NCBI GenBank assembly: GCA_964016885.1
Contig: OZ024742.1
Coordinates: 127,596,001 to 127,660,000, forward strand
Reading direction: 5' to 3'
Source of the DNA: Eledone cirrhosa
Taxonomy: Eukaryota
Length of the DNA: 64,000 nt
Shown: positions 62,201 through 64,000 of the stretch, piece by piece
Layout of the letters: every line of letters starts with the position of its first letter
Numbering within the stretch: the stretch's first letter is position 1
The notes under the pieces: generated by a model
Told to the model about the DNA's origin: nothing
What the model saw: the letters and a program-made list of their open reading frames with translations, nothing else
The model's database searches: none
Position numbers and translations under genes: made by a program

Positions 62201-64000
62201 CCTATAATCCCCAGTGGGTCTCCAGTCGCCAGAAGTCTTGGGTACCATGTGTAACGGAGAAGCCCAAGTGCTCGTAGACGGGCAAATTGTGCCTAGCTGT
62301 AGCATATGATCGAACTCGGACCATGCTGCCTTCAATTTGTCCGCAGGCAAGCGGTGAGGACGGGAAAACACTGGAGCACCAGTAGTGGAGATGAAATGTA
62401 CGGTTGAGTGAATCGGTTCGACAACTCGAAAATTTCCCTGAGTAAGCTGTGGGAAAGAATTTAACAATGCATGATAGGAATTCCCAGCATTAGCGATGAA
62501 GGTCGGGCTAAACATTGGAAAATTAGCTTTCTGGCCACGAAGAGAAAAACCAGTAATGCCGTCTACTAGGCATCGGCCACGGACGTCCACCGTCAATGCA
62601 AAATGGTGTAGAAAATCCGCTCCCAAGATCGGATATGGTAGGTCAGCAATCGTAAAAATACATTTGAATTCTCGAAGATTTCGGAATTGCAGAGGAAGTG
62701 AGATTTGTCCAAAAGTCCGTATCGGCGAATGATTGACAGCTTGTAGATTCATTGATGACTCAGGAGGAGTTTCTTTAACAGTTCACCGGCCAAATGCTGC
62801 AGGAGGCTCCCGTATCTACGAGGAAAGATCTTCTGGACAGAAGGTCTTCAATAAAGAAGTGGCGGTTTGGGTGTGTAGCAGAGATCAGCTGCCGCCTTCA
62901 GTGACTCTGGTTTGCGTTTCCCGAAGTTGAATAGTTACACGGTGGCCGGCAGTGTTTTGCTTTATCTGCGAAGGTGGCATGATACCAGCAAAAAGATGAA
63001 ATGGTGGCGGGTGAGCTTGCGTTATGGCGTGAAGTCGCGAAGGAACGCGAACGACTTCTTGGCCGCCTGGGAGATGGCCTTCTCTCCCAAAATAATATCG
63101 CGACTTGACGCGTCAATCGTCTTCAACATGGCATCCTTGTGAGTCGAGACGGGCTGGTTCGGAAAGGTCGAAGAGGCAACAAGCGAGTCCGACGAGGTAG
63201 TTTTCCTAGAGAATTCCACAATTCGATCGGTAGACGCAGCGATCTGCTCTACCGAGCTCGAGTACACTATGGTAGCCAATATAATCTGGACATTGTTTGG
63301 CAAGCGAGAGAAAAATAGTTTTTTGATAAATGAACTATCCTCATCGGGCGATTCACTGAGGTCCCGAATGTGGCGTAAAAATTTGGACGGCAACCTGTCG
63401 CCTAAACACTCGTCCTCCAATAATGCACGAAACCTGCTTTCAGCAGAACGGCAGTTTCTCCTTAATATTTCCGTCCTCAACGAATCATACAAAGTACCGG
63501 TTGGCGAGTCCGTTATTAAATCTTTCACCATGGTGGCGAGCGACGAAGGTATGCCACTAATCAAAACATTGAGTTTCTGCTCTGTTTTAATTCCATTTGC
63601 AGCAAAATATGCGTCCAGTTGCGCAAACCAGAGCTTGGGATCACCAGAGAACACAGGTAAATTAGGACTACTCATCATTAGCATGTATCAGTTCCACATA
63701 AAAATACTGAATGATATCCAAGTAAAGAAATGCAACGCGTGTTAGATGTTTGGAACAATGGGAAAACAACACAAATTTCCCTCAACATCCATGAAGAAAG
63801 AAGAAGAAAAAAAATATCTGGTGAATTTGCAAAATCCGGAATCGACAAGTCACAAAAATTCAAGGCAGAAAAATTAAATGTTTTTTTTTTTTAAATTGGA
63901 GAAGGAGATGGCATCACATGATGCATCTCAGCCAATCAGATGGCTGCATTTCGGAGAAGAAAGACAAATGGCGGGAACATTTTTTTTATATGTTGTATGT
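59256..64000 (-). mobile_element. Gypsy (CsRn1/Kabuki-like) LTR retrotransposon, degenerate; 3' LTR 59256-59615; 5' LTR beyond the window
   Basis: gag DPKLWFAQ and CHCC knuckle CWYH...[25 protein letters not shown], RNase H TDHKPL, integrase HVDIVGP/GPY; PPT at 59616-59630. Confidence 0.92.

Overview
AT-rich, repeat-dense eukaryotic (animal) DNA. The SINE, LINE and microsatellite content suggests a coleoid cephalopod (octopus-like); this is an inference. The only host gene I can support is on the minus strand and is largely missed by the ORF track. It has nine small, phase-consistent coding exons (53261 to 2731, 228 codons, continuing off the left edge) that encode a multi-pass amino-acid-permease-like protein (GTGILGLP motif; Aa_trans/Trp-Tyr permease-like). 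Its ~31.8 kb first intron and the upstream region are packed with transposable elements: RTE, CR1 and Tx1-like LINEs, a near full-length CRE-like RLE retrotransposon with a PHD finger, Penelope-like elements (PLEs), two LTR retrotransposons plus a solo LTR, piggyBac-type MITEs, a HINE-like element, tRNA-derived SINEs and several minisatellites. The most striking unannotated signal is seven type-I hammerhead ribozyme motifs from four sequence families. All lie in elements inserted at (TA)n microsatellites, most are associated with fold-back structures, and three lie in the sense strand of the host pre-mRNA. There are no prokaryotic features and no CRISPR array.
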